A stretch of 64,000 bases of DNA, from contig NC_086097.1 in NCBI RefSeq assembly GCF_963921235.1, forward strand, positions 9,796,001 through 9,860,000, in the 5' to 3' direction. Below, one piece after another: positions 22,330 through 34,137 of the stretch. The stretch comes from Mobula hypostoma (taxonomy: Eukaryota). Numbering within the stretch: position 1 is the stretch's first letter; each line of letters begins with the position of its first letter. A program made the position numbers and the translations under genes. The notes beneath the pieces were generated by a model. The model did no database searches and was not told the DNA's origin. It saw nothing but the letters and a program-made list of their open reading frames with translations.

Positions 22330-23790
22330 TTCCAGAGTTCCCTGGTACATTGCTGGGAACGTGTTCCCCCAGAGACCTGAGGCCTTTCCCCTCACTGTTT
22401 CTCCTCTAGGTTTTCCCAACGGCTCTCCCTGCTGAGGTACCCAGGGGCTCACTCTCCTTCTCGCGTGACACCTGCTGCCAGCAGCCCTCCGTATTGTTCG
22501 TCCCCTTGGGGAATCTGCCCCGCTCCCCCATCAGCTCCATCATATGGGAGGGGGTCACACCCACTGATAACAGCCGACATATCTCCGTTCTCAACTCTGC
22601 CACAATATCCTCTACCGCTCCCTGGGGTAGGCTATCTGTGGTCACTTCGCCACAAGGGGCTACTACTGAGGAGTGTACCCTGCTGACGGAGTCCTCCCAC
22701 GCCTCCGACGCATTCTCCTCCTCCCGTACCTCTCTGATCAGCTCAACAAAAGATGGAGAGGGTGCGTCTTATGAGACTGTCAGAGACCCCAAGCAATCAG
22801 GACATGGGACTGGGCACCTCTGGCTCTCTGGTCCATTCTTAACTGATCCACCTCAGCCGCCTGAATGACCCCTCTGCGCTGCAAGCAATTTCGCTCCCTC
22901 TCTAGCCGAAAAATAAAAGCAGAAAGCTTCTCCCCCTTCTCTGAAGCATGTTCTGAAACCCCACCATGAGCTCCATCGTGCTTCCAGTTGGACCAAAAGC
23001 ATTGTCCAGTGCTTGTGCTTGCAGATAATTGACAGCTGTCGCTACGGGAGATTTCAACGTGACAGATCTCACAACGTCAGCGGCTCACCCATTCGAACTT
23101 CCAACCAATCTGTGTCGCTTTTCATTATCAGAGCACTGCCACTCAGCTAACAACTGAGAGATGCGCTCCGCCCAAGTCTCATACTCCTCCCCTTTAGGGA
23201 TGGGTGTTATTCCAGAGAGTAGGCAGAGCCTGCCATAGCTGGGACATTGATTCTGATATTTCCATTTATTCGCCAGAGAAGTAAGGGCGGTGAAGAATTC
23301 TTAACAACAGGAATTCTGCAGATGCTGGAAATTCAAGCAACATACATCAAAGTTGCTGGTGAACGCAGCAGGCCAGGCAGCACCTATAGGAAGAGGTGCA
23401 GTCGAGGTCCTGACGAAGGGTCTCGGCCTGAAACGTCGACTGCTCCTCTTCCTATAGATGCTGCCTGGCCTGCTGCGTTCACCAGCAACTTTGATGTATG
23501 TTGGTTGAAGAATTCTTACTCTTCACTGGGGGACGTGGACTAATTAGACATTCCAAATCCAACCACTCTTTCCCCTCACTCCTCAGAAACAAGAGAACCT
23601 TGTCTTTGAAATCTCTGCCCCCAGCTACCGCTACCTCAGCGCTGGTCTGCATTAAAGCAAGAGCCGTGCCAGCCATTTTATCAAAACCTCCGCTCACAAT
23701 CGCACCTTTAACAATACTTAACAGGTGAATTAACAATTCATCCCGAGTACAAATATCTGCACCACTGGTTCATTGCTCAGGGTAATCACG
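22330..23790 (-). pseudogene. Gypsy gag, PNMA/MOAP1-like, frameshifted
   Basis: Minus strand gives YGRLCLLSGITPIPKGEEYETWAERISQLLAEWQCSDNEKRHRLV and RDFKDKVLLFLRSEGKEWLDLE. Confidence 0.75.
23304..23505. mobile_element. Fold-back mini-Penelope pLTR insertion with hammerhead at 23406-23441 (+)
   Basis: 68-bp inverted arms 23338-23405 and 23436-23503 (2 mismatches). 13-bp TSD TGAAGAATTCTTA at 23291-23303 and 23506-23518. Confidence 0.9.
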
Positions 23791-23844
23791 CAGCACCAAC
23801 GGAATCAATCCCAAACATGGCCTAGAGAGTGTAGGTGCTGTCCA

Positions 23845-24503
23845 CCAGAGAAAGCTCATTTTGCTGAACACCTACGCTCTGTCCACCAGAGAAAGCAGGA
23901 TCTCCCAGTGGTCACTCATTTTAATTCCACGTCCCATTTTCATTCTGACATGTCTATCCATGGCCTCCCCTACTGTAAAGATGAAGCCACACTCAGGTTG
24001 GAGGAAAAACACCCTTATATTCCGTCTGGGTAGACTCCAACCTGATGGTACGAACATTGACCTCAAACTTCCGCTAATATCCCACCTCCCCCTCGTACCC
24101 CATCCTTTATTTATTTATATACACACATTCTTTTTCTCTCTCTCCTTTTTCTCCCTCTGTCCCTCTGACTGTACCCCTTGTCCATCCTCTGGGCTTTTCC
24201 CCCCCCTCCCCCTTTTCTTTCTCCCTAGGCCTCCTGTCCCATCATCCTCTCATATCCCTTTTGCCAATCACCTGTCCAGCTCTTGGCTCCATCCCTCCCC
24301 TTCCTGTCTTCTCCTATCATTTTGGATCTCCCACTTTCAAATCTCTTACTAACTCTTCCTTCAGTTAGTCCTGACGAAGGGTCTCGGCCTGAAACATCGA
24401 CTGTACCTCTTCCTATAGATGCTGCCTGGCCTGCTGCGTTCACCAGCAACTTTGATGGGTGTTGCTTGAATTTCCAGCATCTGCAGAATTCCTCGTGTTT
24501 GCG
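23845..24503 (+). mobile_element. Neptune-type Penelope element 3' part (GIY-YIG C-terminus plus pLTR with hammerhead 24366-24403)
   Basis: HFAEHLRSV..LPVVTHFNS..GL..LRLEE..LIFRLGRLQPDGTNID. Hammerhead CTGACGA..GAAACATC^GACTG. Confidence 0.9.
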
Positions 24504-24505
24504 AA

Positions 24506-25040
24506 TGTACAGACTATTTTCTATACGGGGAAAAAATTCCAAAAATCTGTGATGCAAAGGTACTTGAGAGTCCTTGTGCAGAACACTCTAAATGTTAACC
24601 TGCAAGTAGAGTCAGTGGCGAGGAATGCAAATCCAATGTTAGCATTCATTTCAAGAGGTTGAGAATACAAGAACAGCGAAGTGTTGCAGAGACTTTATAA
24701 GGCACTAGCAAGACTTCATCTTGACTATTGTGAACAGTTCTAAAAAAGATGTGCTGGCATTGGACTGGGCTCAGAGGAGGTTCAGAAGGATGAATCCAGA
24801 GATGAAAGGGTTATTATACAAGGAACATTTGATTGCTCTGGCTCTGTACTCACTGGAACTTAGAAGGATGAGGAGGGATCTCATTGAAATCTTTTGAATG
24901 TTGAAAGGATGAGACAGAGTAGATTTGGAAAGGATGTTTCCCATGGTGGGGAAGTCTAGGACAAGAGGACACAGCTTCAGGATAGAGGGGCATCCACTTA
25001 AAACAGAAATGCAGAGAAATTTATTTAGCCAGAGGGTGGC
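24506..25040 (+). mobile_element. 3' continuation of the CR1 that starts at ~15790
   Basis: Resumes at DYFLYGEKI just after HFG (19200); LQVESVARNANPMLAFISRG..RTRGHS. Confidence 0.85.
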
Positions 25041-25061
25041 GACAAACTTGAACTTGAAATT

Positions 25062-25815
25062 TGGAAGAGGAAATCAGACCACATGTGGCAGTCCTCACAG
25101 AAGGGTATGTTTCGAAAAAAGTCAGGAATCTCAGGCTACTGGGTATCAACATCTCGGAGGACCTTTCCTGGGCCCAGCACATAGATGCAACAATGAAGAA
25201 GGCAAGTCAGTCTTTTTACTTTCTTCAAGGTTTATGGAGATTTGACATCTTCTGCAGATATACAGTGGAATGTATTCTGACTGTTTGCATCATGATCTGA
25301 TATGGGAGCTCCAACACATAAGAGTCTACAAAGAGTGGTGAACTCAGCTAGTTCCATCATGGGTGCATTTCTCTTCACAATCAAGGGCATCCGCAGGAGA
25401 CAATGTTGCAGGAAGGTGGCATGCATCATCAAGGACGCACAGCAACCTGGGCCATGCCCTCTTCCTGATGCTGCCATCAGGCAAGAGGCACAAGAGTTAA
25501 TGACCCATATCTCAAGATTCAACAGCAGCTTCTTCCCCACTGTCATCAAGTTCGAACCAGCATGAAAAACCTGAACACTATCTTGGACTACAGATTTTTC
25601 TCTCTCGATCTTGCACTAGTGTCATTATGTTTATTTTGTTGTTTACTTTTGCACACATGTAAGTCATGTATAATTTATCTTAATTTAAGTTTATGTTGAC
25701 TTCTGTATGTATTTGTCTAATAATGTATAGTGCTGCTGCTGTAAGACGCTAATTTTCACAACATTTATTCCCTATATATGGATGCCTATGAGAACAATAA
25801 ACTTACTTGATCTTG
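25062..25815 (+). mobile_element. Rex1/Babar 3' fragment
   Basis: LLGINISEDLSWAQHIDATMKKASQSFYFL..RYTVECILTVCI; LQRVVNSAS. Confidence 0.85.
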
Positions 25816-25927
25816 AAATATAGGCTTCAAACCTTTGCCAAGGGATACATGTGATGCCAAAGTTGTGAACTATCTGATTCAGTGTCAGCAGATTGTCAGA
25901 CAGAAAAACGGAATTCATGGCTAGGTT

Positions 25928-26545
25928 AAATGCTCTCTTCTCATTACCGCCATCAGAAAGGTGGTACAGAAGCCTTTGGTCCCACACCACTTGGCCCAAC
26001 AAGAGTTATTATCCTTCAGCCAGCCTCAGGAACCAGCATGGACAACTTCACTCACTTCAATTCTGAATGGATCCCACAACCTGTGGACTTACTTTCGAGG
26101 ACTCTTAAACTCGTGATCTCAGTATTATTTATTAATATATTTATTCATTTTATTTGCACAATTAGACTTCTTTTGGACATTGGTTGCTTGTGTGCAGTTT
26201 TTCATTGATTATTTCATATTTCTCCGATCCCTTGTGAATACCTGCAAAAAATATACTTTATACTTTATTGTCGCCAAACAATTGATACTAGAACATACAA
26301 TCAACATAGCGATATTTGATTCTGCGCTTCCCACTCCCTGGATTACAAATCAATAGTAAATATTAAAATTTTAAATTATAAATCATAAATAGAAAATAGA
26401 AAAATGGAAAGTAAGGTAGTGCAAAAAAACCCAGATGCTGGTCCAGATATTTGGAGGGTATGGCCCAGATCTGGGTCTAAATATAAACCTCCAGTTGATA
26501 TATGGTGATACATGTGTACTTCAATAAGAAACTTAGTTTGAAAAT
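25928..26545 (+). mobile_element. Rex1-type 3' fragment with a younger antisense LINE tail inserted at ~26255-26478
   Basis: ALFSLPPSERWYRSL. Inner insert ends (TAAAGTA)n on - and is flanked by aaatata repeats. Confidence 0.6.
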
Positions 26546-26591
26546 TGAAATAGTTGGAGAAGAGAATTATTTATATATCTGTTGTATGTGA

Positions 26592-27140
26592 GGCCTCCAT
26601 TGGTCAAGGTCAACCATGAATGTTGCACCCTAGCTATCTAGATGCGCAAACCTGGTCGGTCGGTACAATATGGAGAGCAAGCTGCTGCCCATGTTTCAGG
26701 CTCCTCCTCTCCACGCATCTGATGAACCCAAAGGAACAGCAAAGACCGATACAGTTTATTACCAGCAGATTCACGGGAGCTGCCAGTCAGTGATTGAACT
26801 TGATGTAGGGACTCCAGCTTTGGATTCTTCCCCTGGGGCCTACTCCCGAAACCTTCCCCATGAGTGGTTATCACCACAAGGTAGTGGAGTTTTGAGATCA
26901 GAGTTTTTCTTCTCCTGGATGAGCTGCCAACTAGCCCCCATCTTCCCAAAGTAACTGGTTTTAAGGTCCCAGTTACCTGCCATTTCTCCTTCTTCTATCA
27001 GTAGAAATGGTTCTGCTGGGCTTTCTAGCTGAGCCACATGTGAAGGCCAGGAGTGGACTTGTTTGTCAGAGGTTATTTGAGACACATGTCATTGGGCACA
27101 TTTAACAACTTTAAGCTGCTTTATAACAATATAGAGGGGT
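26592..27140 (-). mobile_element. RTE-derived non-autonomous element
   Basis: GGAGAAGAAAAACTCTGATCTCAAAAC RTE 5'-UTR motif. Homologous + copy at 48945-49512. Confidence 0.7.
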
Positions 27141-27629
27141 TCTTTTTAGCTCGTAGGGTCCATGTATCATTCAAGGGAAGCAATCCCAGTAGTTCAAGTC
27201 TCCCCTTATTTTTCAGTACCTCTGCAAGTTATTCTCTCTCATGCATGCCTAACAACTATGCTTTCATTCATTTTGCCATTAACCTTCATGCAGCAATAAT
27301 TCACAGAAAGCAATTAATCTAGTTGTTGTGTTCAGTGTATTGGGGTGCCACAGTAGCATAGAGGCAACAGCTTGGGGTGTCGGAGTTCAATTCTGTCATC
27401 ATCTGTACAGAGTTTGTATGTTCCCCCTGACTGCATGGGCTTCCTCCCTTGGTCCAAGGATGAATGTTTAGGGTAGTTAGCTATGGACATGCTATGCTGG
27501 TGCCAAAACCGTGGTGTCACTTGTGGACTATCCTTGCTGATTTGATTTGACTCGAATGACATATTTTACTGTATGTTTCAATATTTTGATGTACTTGTGA
27601 CAAATAAAGGTATTAAAATTATGAAGGCA

Positions 27630-28122
27630 TGGAATTCAATTCCAGCATCTTCTGTAAAGCAGTTTGTACATTCATCCCGTGAGCATGTGGCTTTCCTCTG
27701 GGTGTTCCTGTTTCCTGCCACACGCCAAAGACGTACCAGTTAGCAGGTTAAGTGGTCATTGTAAATTGTCCGGTGATTAAGCTAGGATTAAATAGGTGGG
27801 AGTGTTGACGCGTGGCCAAGTGGTTAAGGTGTTGGTCTAGTGATCTGAAGGTTGCTAGTTCGAGCCTCAGCTGAGGCATCGTATTGTGTCCTTGAGCAAG
27901 GCACTTAACCACACATTGCTCTGCAACAACACCAGTGCCAAGCTGTATCGGCCCTTGTGCCCTTCCCTTGGACAACATCGGTGGCGTGGAGAGGGGAGAC
28001 TTGCAGCACGGGCAACTGCCAATCTTCCATACAACCTTGCCCAGGCCTGGTCTCACAAGACTAATGGATGTCTATAACTAGGTGATGTGGCTTGCTGAGC
28101 CAGAGCAGCTGTTTCTCTAAGT
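27630..28122 (+). mobile_element. V-SINE interrupted by tRNA-CORE-RTE SINE (27803-28075)
   Basis: V-domain at 27688-27735. The inner SINE has A/B boxes and a CORE-like segment, with a taggtg repeat either side. Confidence 0.8.
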
Positions 28123-28534
28123 AAAATGTTCCAGAATTTTATATGGAAGATATTCTTGCCCTTTCATTATGTAAGTACAAGCAGCCTAGCAATTTAGAGT
28201 CAGGGGAGACCATTAAGAGCGATTATATAAGTATAATATGAGGGAGTCTGTTGGAAGAAGCCAGTTGGAAGTGTTTCTCCTTGTAGGAATTCATAGGCTT
28301 AATTAGTAGGAGAACCTGTGGGAATATGAGTCACGATTAGCTGTAGCTAGTTTGTTGTTATGCTATGGACTGTAGTACTCACAAGAGGGACAGAAACAGA
28401 ATCAGTAATACTTTCCTGAAGGGATTTGTATATATACTTAGAGAGTAAAACAAAAATTGTGCAATTAAGGGATTAAGTGGAATTATTTTTTAGGTCGATC
28501 TTTCAGATGGTTGGCATGGCTAGGAAAAACACTC

Positions 28535-28780
28535 GGTAGCATAGTGGCTAGCACAACGCTTTACAGTACCAGCGATCCCGTTCAACTCCCCTGCTATCCA
28601 TAAAAAGTTTGTATGTTCTCCCCTTGACCATGTGGGTTTCCTCCCACAGTCCAAACATGTACCAGTTGGTCGTTGTAAATTGTCCTGTGATTAGGCCAGG
28701 GTTAAATCGGGGGTTGCTGGGTGGCATAACTTGAAGGTTGGGAAGGGCCTGTTCTGCGGTGCATTGCAATAAATAAATTA
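28535..28780 (+). mobile_element. HE1-like V-SINE
   Basis: GGTAGCATAGTGG A-box, GGGTTTCCTCCCACAGTCCAAAC, (TAAA)n. Confidence 0.8.
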
Positions 28781-28814
28781 ATAGACAATGTTCATTTATA
28801 CCCTGTGGTTCTAT

Positions 28815-29212
28815 GTAATGGTGGTGGGCGGAGATACCTCCACCCAAGGAGATGTAAGATGCTCCTTCCCTCCACTAGCCCACAGGTCACCCTTGGGCAA
28901 GGTGTAGCACCTGCTTAGCCCCCCACTCCGATGAGGGTCACAAGAAGCCAAAGGAGCAGGTGGTGGATGGTCGTATGAGCAGCTGCTGCAAATCACAAGT
29001 CCTGCTTATGCGAACACTGACGCCAGGCAGACAACCTCTGAAGAGTTTTGATAACGGTTGGGGTCAGCCGTCTTGTAAAGACACTGTCCAGAAGAAGGCA
29101 ATGGCAAACCACTTCTGTAGAAAAATCTGCCAAGAACAATCATGGTAATGGATAGGGAAGGAAGACCATGATCGCCCACATCATAGGATACGCACATAAT
29201 ATTGATGATGAC
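28815..29212 (+). mobile_element. RTE(BovB-like)-derived bipartite non-autonomous element
   Basis: GAAGAAGGCAATGGCAAACCACTTCTGTAG motif and (GAT)n tail. Copies at 37230-37560, 38595-38762 and 2363-2478. Confidence 0.75.
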
Positions 29213-29279
29213 TCTATGTATGTAGTTTACAAAAAAAGACATAAGAAATAGAAATAAGAGAAGACTATCAGGTCCCTCG

Positions 29280-29856
29280 TGTTCATTCTACAGTTCAACA
29301 AGCTGTTCTTTCATCACCAAGCCGAGGAAAGAGGACCGGGTCGAGACAACAGAGACTTTTGGAGAAGAGGAGTTCGGTGGGTAATACCGTTCCGGCTGAC
29401 CGGAAATGCACTGAGAGCGGTAAGCGGCGTGAAGGAGTGGGGTGCTTACTGATCTGGCTAACAACGGATGGTGCAGTCCGGGGTATATTACGATCGAGGA
29501 ACGTGTTTGCAGACTGGATATTGAACTTCTTACTGTTGGACTTCGGCCACATTCCACCGTGATACAACACTTGGCAGCACGGGAGGTCGTTCCTGCCTGT
29601 GGCCATCGAACGTGCAGCTCCTCCCGTGGAGGGTCAGACACCCTGAGCCAATAGACTGGTCCTGGACTTATTTTCCATCTGGCATAGTTTGTATTTTGTT
29701 GTTTGATTGTTGGGGGTTTTTGTATTGCTATATTTACGCTCTATTCTTGGTTGGTGCGGCTGTAACGAAAGCAAATTTTCCTCGGGATTAATAAAGTATA
29801 TTTATCTATCTATCTATCTAACTATCTATCTATCTACTTATCTATCTATCTATTTT
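29280..29856 (+). mobile_element. Internally deleted Rex1/Babar derivative with (CTAT)n tail
   Basis: APE fragments ADRKCTESGKR and NNGWCSPGYITIEERVCRLDIELLTVGLRP are fused at ~29550 to the RT C-terminus SFLPVAI..GGSDTLSQ. Inserted in an old antisense CR1 tail. Confidence 0.8.
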
Positions 29857-30679
29857 TCCTGCACTAACTAGATATCACCTGATTCCCCTAATGACTGAAA
29901 ATATAATTATTAACTCTACGTCTGCAGCCCTCTTTGTCAGAAAATTCACCAATCTCTCTACCCTCAGGGTGAAGAAATCTCTTTCCATTGCTTGGATTTT
30001 GTTGTCCTTGATTATACATGGCCCAGTCAGGGAGATCATCCTTCCTGCATCTACCCGGTGAAACCCACATGGAAACTGTATATTCCCTAAAGATTACATG
30101 TCGATCATTTAAACTCAGTGCAGAAATGTCCCAGCCTGATTATTCTTTGCTTATAAAAGAAAACAAAATCCATGATTCAATCTGGTGAATCTTTGTTCTT
30201 CCATCAAAAGTAAGTCAATGGAAAGGAAAGAACAAAGATGTGGGCAAGTACAGCAACTGCTCTTTGATTCATACACATAGAGTGTATAGCAGACGGTGAC
30301 GTTTCTTGTAATCTGTTAGGGAGAATAGAAAACAATAAGGATCACTTCCAGACAGGTCATTATATTATCCAGTTTTATATGAGAGGTAAATAACTCTATT
30401 TTCAGCTGCAAATAACATTGAAAAACACCATGTTCTGCACTATCATGACGCGAATCTTGGACACCTCAGCGAACTTCAATACAAGGTATCAGAGAGCAAA
30501 TTCAATTACAGCAGCGGAGGAGGAGAGAATTCAGCAACAGAGAAAGAAAATAAAAGAAAAGATATGTGTTGAGGGAAATACTTCAATTTTCAGAGATTAG
30601 ACAAAGTAGAAGAAAAAAAACTAGCTGAATTGAAAACAAAACGAAAGTCTGAAAGCATCACTGCTTTGGATTTTAACAT

Positions 30680-31120
30680 TTTCAAGATCTACTGTACAGT
30701 GGAGTGTATGCTGACTGTTTGCATCACGATGTGCTGTGGATGCACCACTACTCTTGGATGGAAAAGCCTACAAAAAGTAATGGATATAGCGCAGTCCATT
30801 GCAGATAAAGCTCTCCTCACTATTGCTCATTTCTGCATGAAGTGCTATCGCAGGAAAGCAACATCCATCATCAAGGATCCCAGCATCCCAGCCATGCTCT
30901 CTTCATGCTGCTGCCAACAAGTCATGTATCACCAGGTTCAAGAGCAGTTATTACCCTCAACCATGAGGCTTTTGAACCAGAGAGGGTAACTACACTCACC
31001 CTAACACTGAACTAATTTCACAACCTATGGACAATGCATTGACCCACTGTTAAGGACATTACATCTCAACTTTTTGATAATGATCATTTATTTATTGATT
31101 ATTATTATTATTACTTCTTT
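30680..31120 (+). mobile_element. Rex1/Babar 3' fragment
   Basis: IYCTVECMLTVCITM..KSLQKVMDIAQSI..RKATSIIKDP. Confidence 0.8.
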
Positions 31121-31754
31121 TTATTTGTAACCCTCTCACTGTAGTCTTGTAATGAGTTTGCTATTACTGTGAACACAAACTAACAGCAACCTAAAAATAC
31201 ATGGGGAATAACGATGAAAAAGCCATTTCCAATTTTAAAAAACAGGTCTAGATTAAATATGATTGAGGTAAACACACACATAAAAGTTTGAATGTCCTTC
31301 TTAGGGAAATTAGGACAATACCTGTATGATTACTGACACATCCATGCAAATTTACAGCTTGCCAGGGAGCAGTAAGTTCACTCACACTGGTATACACGTA
31401 GATCAAGGCAACACACTCAAAATTCTGCAGGAACACAGCAGGCCAGGCAGTATCTATGGAAAAAAAGTACTGTCGATGTTCGGGCCAAGACCCGCACTAC
31501 AGTTAGATCAAAATTGTTTTGACAAAAATATTTTAAACTAAAACAAACAAAATAAAGAAAAGGGCCCATTATATATATATTAGTCTATTGTGCACTTAAT
31601 CGTTGGAGTTTGCTGGTGTGTAATCGATCCACTTTGCTTCACTTCATTTACTCATGGTACTGAAATGTTCTGCACTGAAAAAAAAGGTCCAAGTAAAACA
31701 TAAATAAATATCCATGCATTGTCCAAGGAAAAGGTGTTAAACTTCCTCCAAGGT

Positions 31755-32085
31755 CATAGAAACATAGAAAACCTACATCACCAACAGGACCTTTGGCCCA
31801 TAATGCTGTGCTGAACATGTACTTACTTTAGAAATTATCTGGGTTACTCATAGCCCTCTGTTTTTCTAAGCTCCATCTACCTATGCAGGAGTCTCTTAAA
31901 AGACCCTATCGTACCCGCCTCCACCACCATCGCTGGCAGCCTATTCCATGAACTCACCACTCTCTGCATAAAAAAATTATCCCTGACATCTCCTCTGTAC
32001 CTACTTCCAAGTACCTTAAAACTGTGTCCTCTCATGCTAGCCATTTCATCCCTGGGAAAAAGCCTCTGACTATCTACACGATCAA
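31755..32085 (-). mobile_element. CR1 3' fragment (antisense partner of 32163-33042)
   Basis: IDRVDSQRLFP..RGHSFKVLGSRYRGDVR..FFMQRVVSSWN; (CTATGTTT) tail. Confidence 0.88.
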
Positions 32086-32162
32086 TATCAGAGGTAAGTT
32101 TCTTATGCAGAGAGTGGTGAGTGCATGGAATGGGCTGTCGGCGACAGTGGTGGAGGTGGAGG

Positions 32163-33042
32163 TGATTACACAAAGGGTAGGGGTGTTGTGGATAGTCTGG
32201 ATGGTTGTCAGAGGTTATAGCGGGACATTGATAGGATGCAGAACTGGTCTGAGAAGTGGCAGATGGACTTCAACCCAGATAGGTGTGAAGTGGGTAATTT
32301 TGGTAGGTCCAATTTGAGACAGAATATAATATAAATAGTGAGACTCTTGGCTGTGTGGAGGATCTGAAAGTCCTTGATGTCTGTGTCAATAGGACACTCA
32401 AAGCTGCTGCGCAGATTGACAGTGTTGTTAAGAAGACGTATGGTGTGTTTGCATTCATCAACTGTGGGATTGAGTTCAAGAGCTGTGAGGTAATGTTACA
32501 GCTATATAAGACCTTGGTCAAACCCCGCTTAGAGTACTGTGTTCAGTTCTGGTCACCTCACCACAGGAAGGATGTTGATACTATAGAGTGCAGAGGAGGT
32601 TTACAAGGATGTTGCCTGGATTGGAGGGAGTACCTTATGGGAACAGGTTGAGTGAACTTGGCCTTTTCTCCTTGGATTGACAGAGGTTGAGAGTAATCCT
32701 GATATAATGATGAGGGGCATTGATCCTGTGGATAGCCAGAGGCTGAAATGGCTAATATGAGGGGGCATAGTTTTGAGGAGCTTGGAAATAGGTACCGAGG
32801 AGATATCAGGGGAAAGTTTTTCACACAGAGAGTGGTGAGTGCGTGGAATGCACTGCTGGCAGCGGTGATGGAAGCAGATACAATAGGGTCTTTTAAGAGC
32901 CTCTTAGATAGGTACATGGAACTTAGTAAAATAGAGGGCCATGTGCTAGGGAAATTCTAGGCAGTTTCTAGAGTAGGTTACATGGTCGACACAACATTGT
33001 GGGCCCAAGGGCCTCTAATATGCTGTAAATTTCTATGATCCA
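32163..33042 (+). mobile_element. CR1 RT 3' fragment
   Basis: KKTYGVFAFI..LYKTLVKPRLEYCVQFWSP..FFTQRVVSAWNAL. Confidence 0.9.
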
Positions 33043-33294
33043 TGTTGTTTATGATATAATTAAAGGACAAGCAAAATGCTGGAAATCCGAGCAACACCCA
33101 CAAGATGCTGGAGGAACTCAGCAGGCCAGACAGCATCTAGCGAAAAAAGGGCAATGAACGTAATTAAAGGAACACTTTCTTTTATATAGATTTGCATTTT
33201 CCGAAATACTGCAAAGCAAAAAATAAAATGCCCAACAGAAGATATAAATCATGGTCTTAAACCGGAGTATTACATCTCTTTTTGCAGAGTTATA

Positions 33295-33688
33295 ATGTCA
33301 TAGAAAACTATAGCACAGAAACATGCCCTTCAGCCCATCTAGTCTGTGCTGAACCATTAATCTGTAGTCCCATAAACCTGAAAGGGGCCCATAGCCCTCC
33401 ATATCTCTTTAATCCATGTACCATTCTGAACTTCCTTTGAACTTTGAAATCAAGCTTGCATGTGCCACTTGCACTGGCAGCTTGTTCACCACTCTCACCA
33501 CCATCTAACTGAAGAAGTTTCACCTCATGGTTACCTTAAACTGTTCACCTTTCACCCTTAACCAGTGACCTCTAGCTGTAGTCCCACCCAACCTCAGTGG
33601 AAAAAGCTTGCTTGCATTTACCCTATCTATACCCCTCATAATTTTGTATATCTCAAACAAATCTCCCCTCAATCTTCTATATTCCAGG
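33295..33688 (-). mobile_element. CR1 3' fragment
   Basis: Antisense of the KIMRGIDRVNASKLFPL..NFF region. Confidence 0.8.
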
Positions 33689-34055
33689 GAATTTGAACAG
33701 TTTATGGTCTTTGTGCACAGTGGTTAATTGTCTGCATTTATTGTGAATGTTTTCATTGATTCTATTGTGTTTCTTTGTAGTTTCTGTGAACGTCCACAAG
33801 AAAACGAATCTCGGGGTAGCACATGGTGATATATACTGCTTGTACTTTGATAATAAATTTACTTTGAACTTTGAACGATCATTAACTGCTGACACAATAG
33901 TGTAATGAGTGAGCATAGGTCAACAACAGAATTTAAACATAAAAGAAATAAAAATATTTAATACAGAACAGAAAAGATTATAACAAAACCAGTTTTTTAA
34001 AAACTGCGCAATCATTTAAAAATTATTAGTTGATTATCCCCCTGAACATTTAGAG

Positions 34056-34137
34056 CAGGGGTTCCTATCCTGGGGTTCACAGACGCCTTGCTTAATGGTA
34101 TTGGGCCATAGAATTTAAAGAAAATCAGAAACCCTTG
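34056..34137. mobile_element. 82-bp hAT-type MITE
   Basis: Termini CAGGGGTT.../...AACCCTTG and a perfect 8-bp TSD ATTTAGAG (34048-34055, 34138-34145). Confidence 0.8.

Larger units (their letters stand above)
19202..23800 (-). mobile_element. Ty3/Gypsy LTR retrotransposon (PNMA-like gag), degenerate, lacking integrase core and 5' LTR
   Basis: 3' LTR end ..GAGTTACA at 19202. Protease ILDTASQVT, RT LDLRSGYYQV and VYLDDLIVFG, RNase H LEFLALK..TDNNPLT..NIDADVLS. Confidence 0.93.

Noticed and set aside
27803..27880. tRNA-like sequence
   Set aside because: SINE head running into a CORE-like body; no complete cloverleaf or terminator.
28815..28930. Possible HDV-like ribozyme at the 5' end of RTE-derived elements (also 4990-5086)
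   Set aside because: Could not build the P1/P1.1/P2/P3 nested pseudoknot by eye; needs a descriptor search on the consensus.
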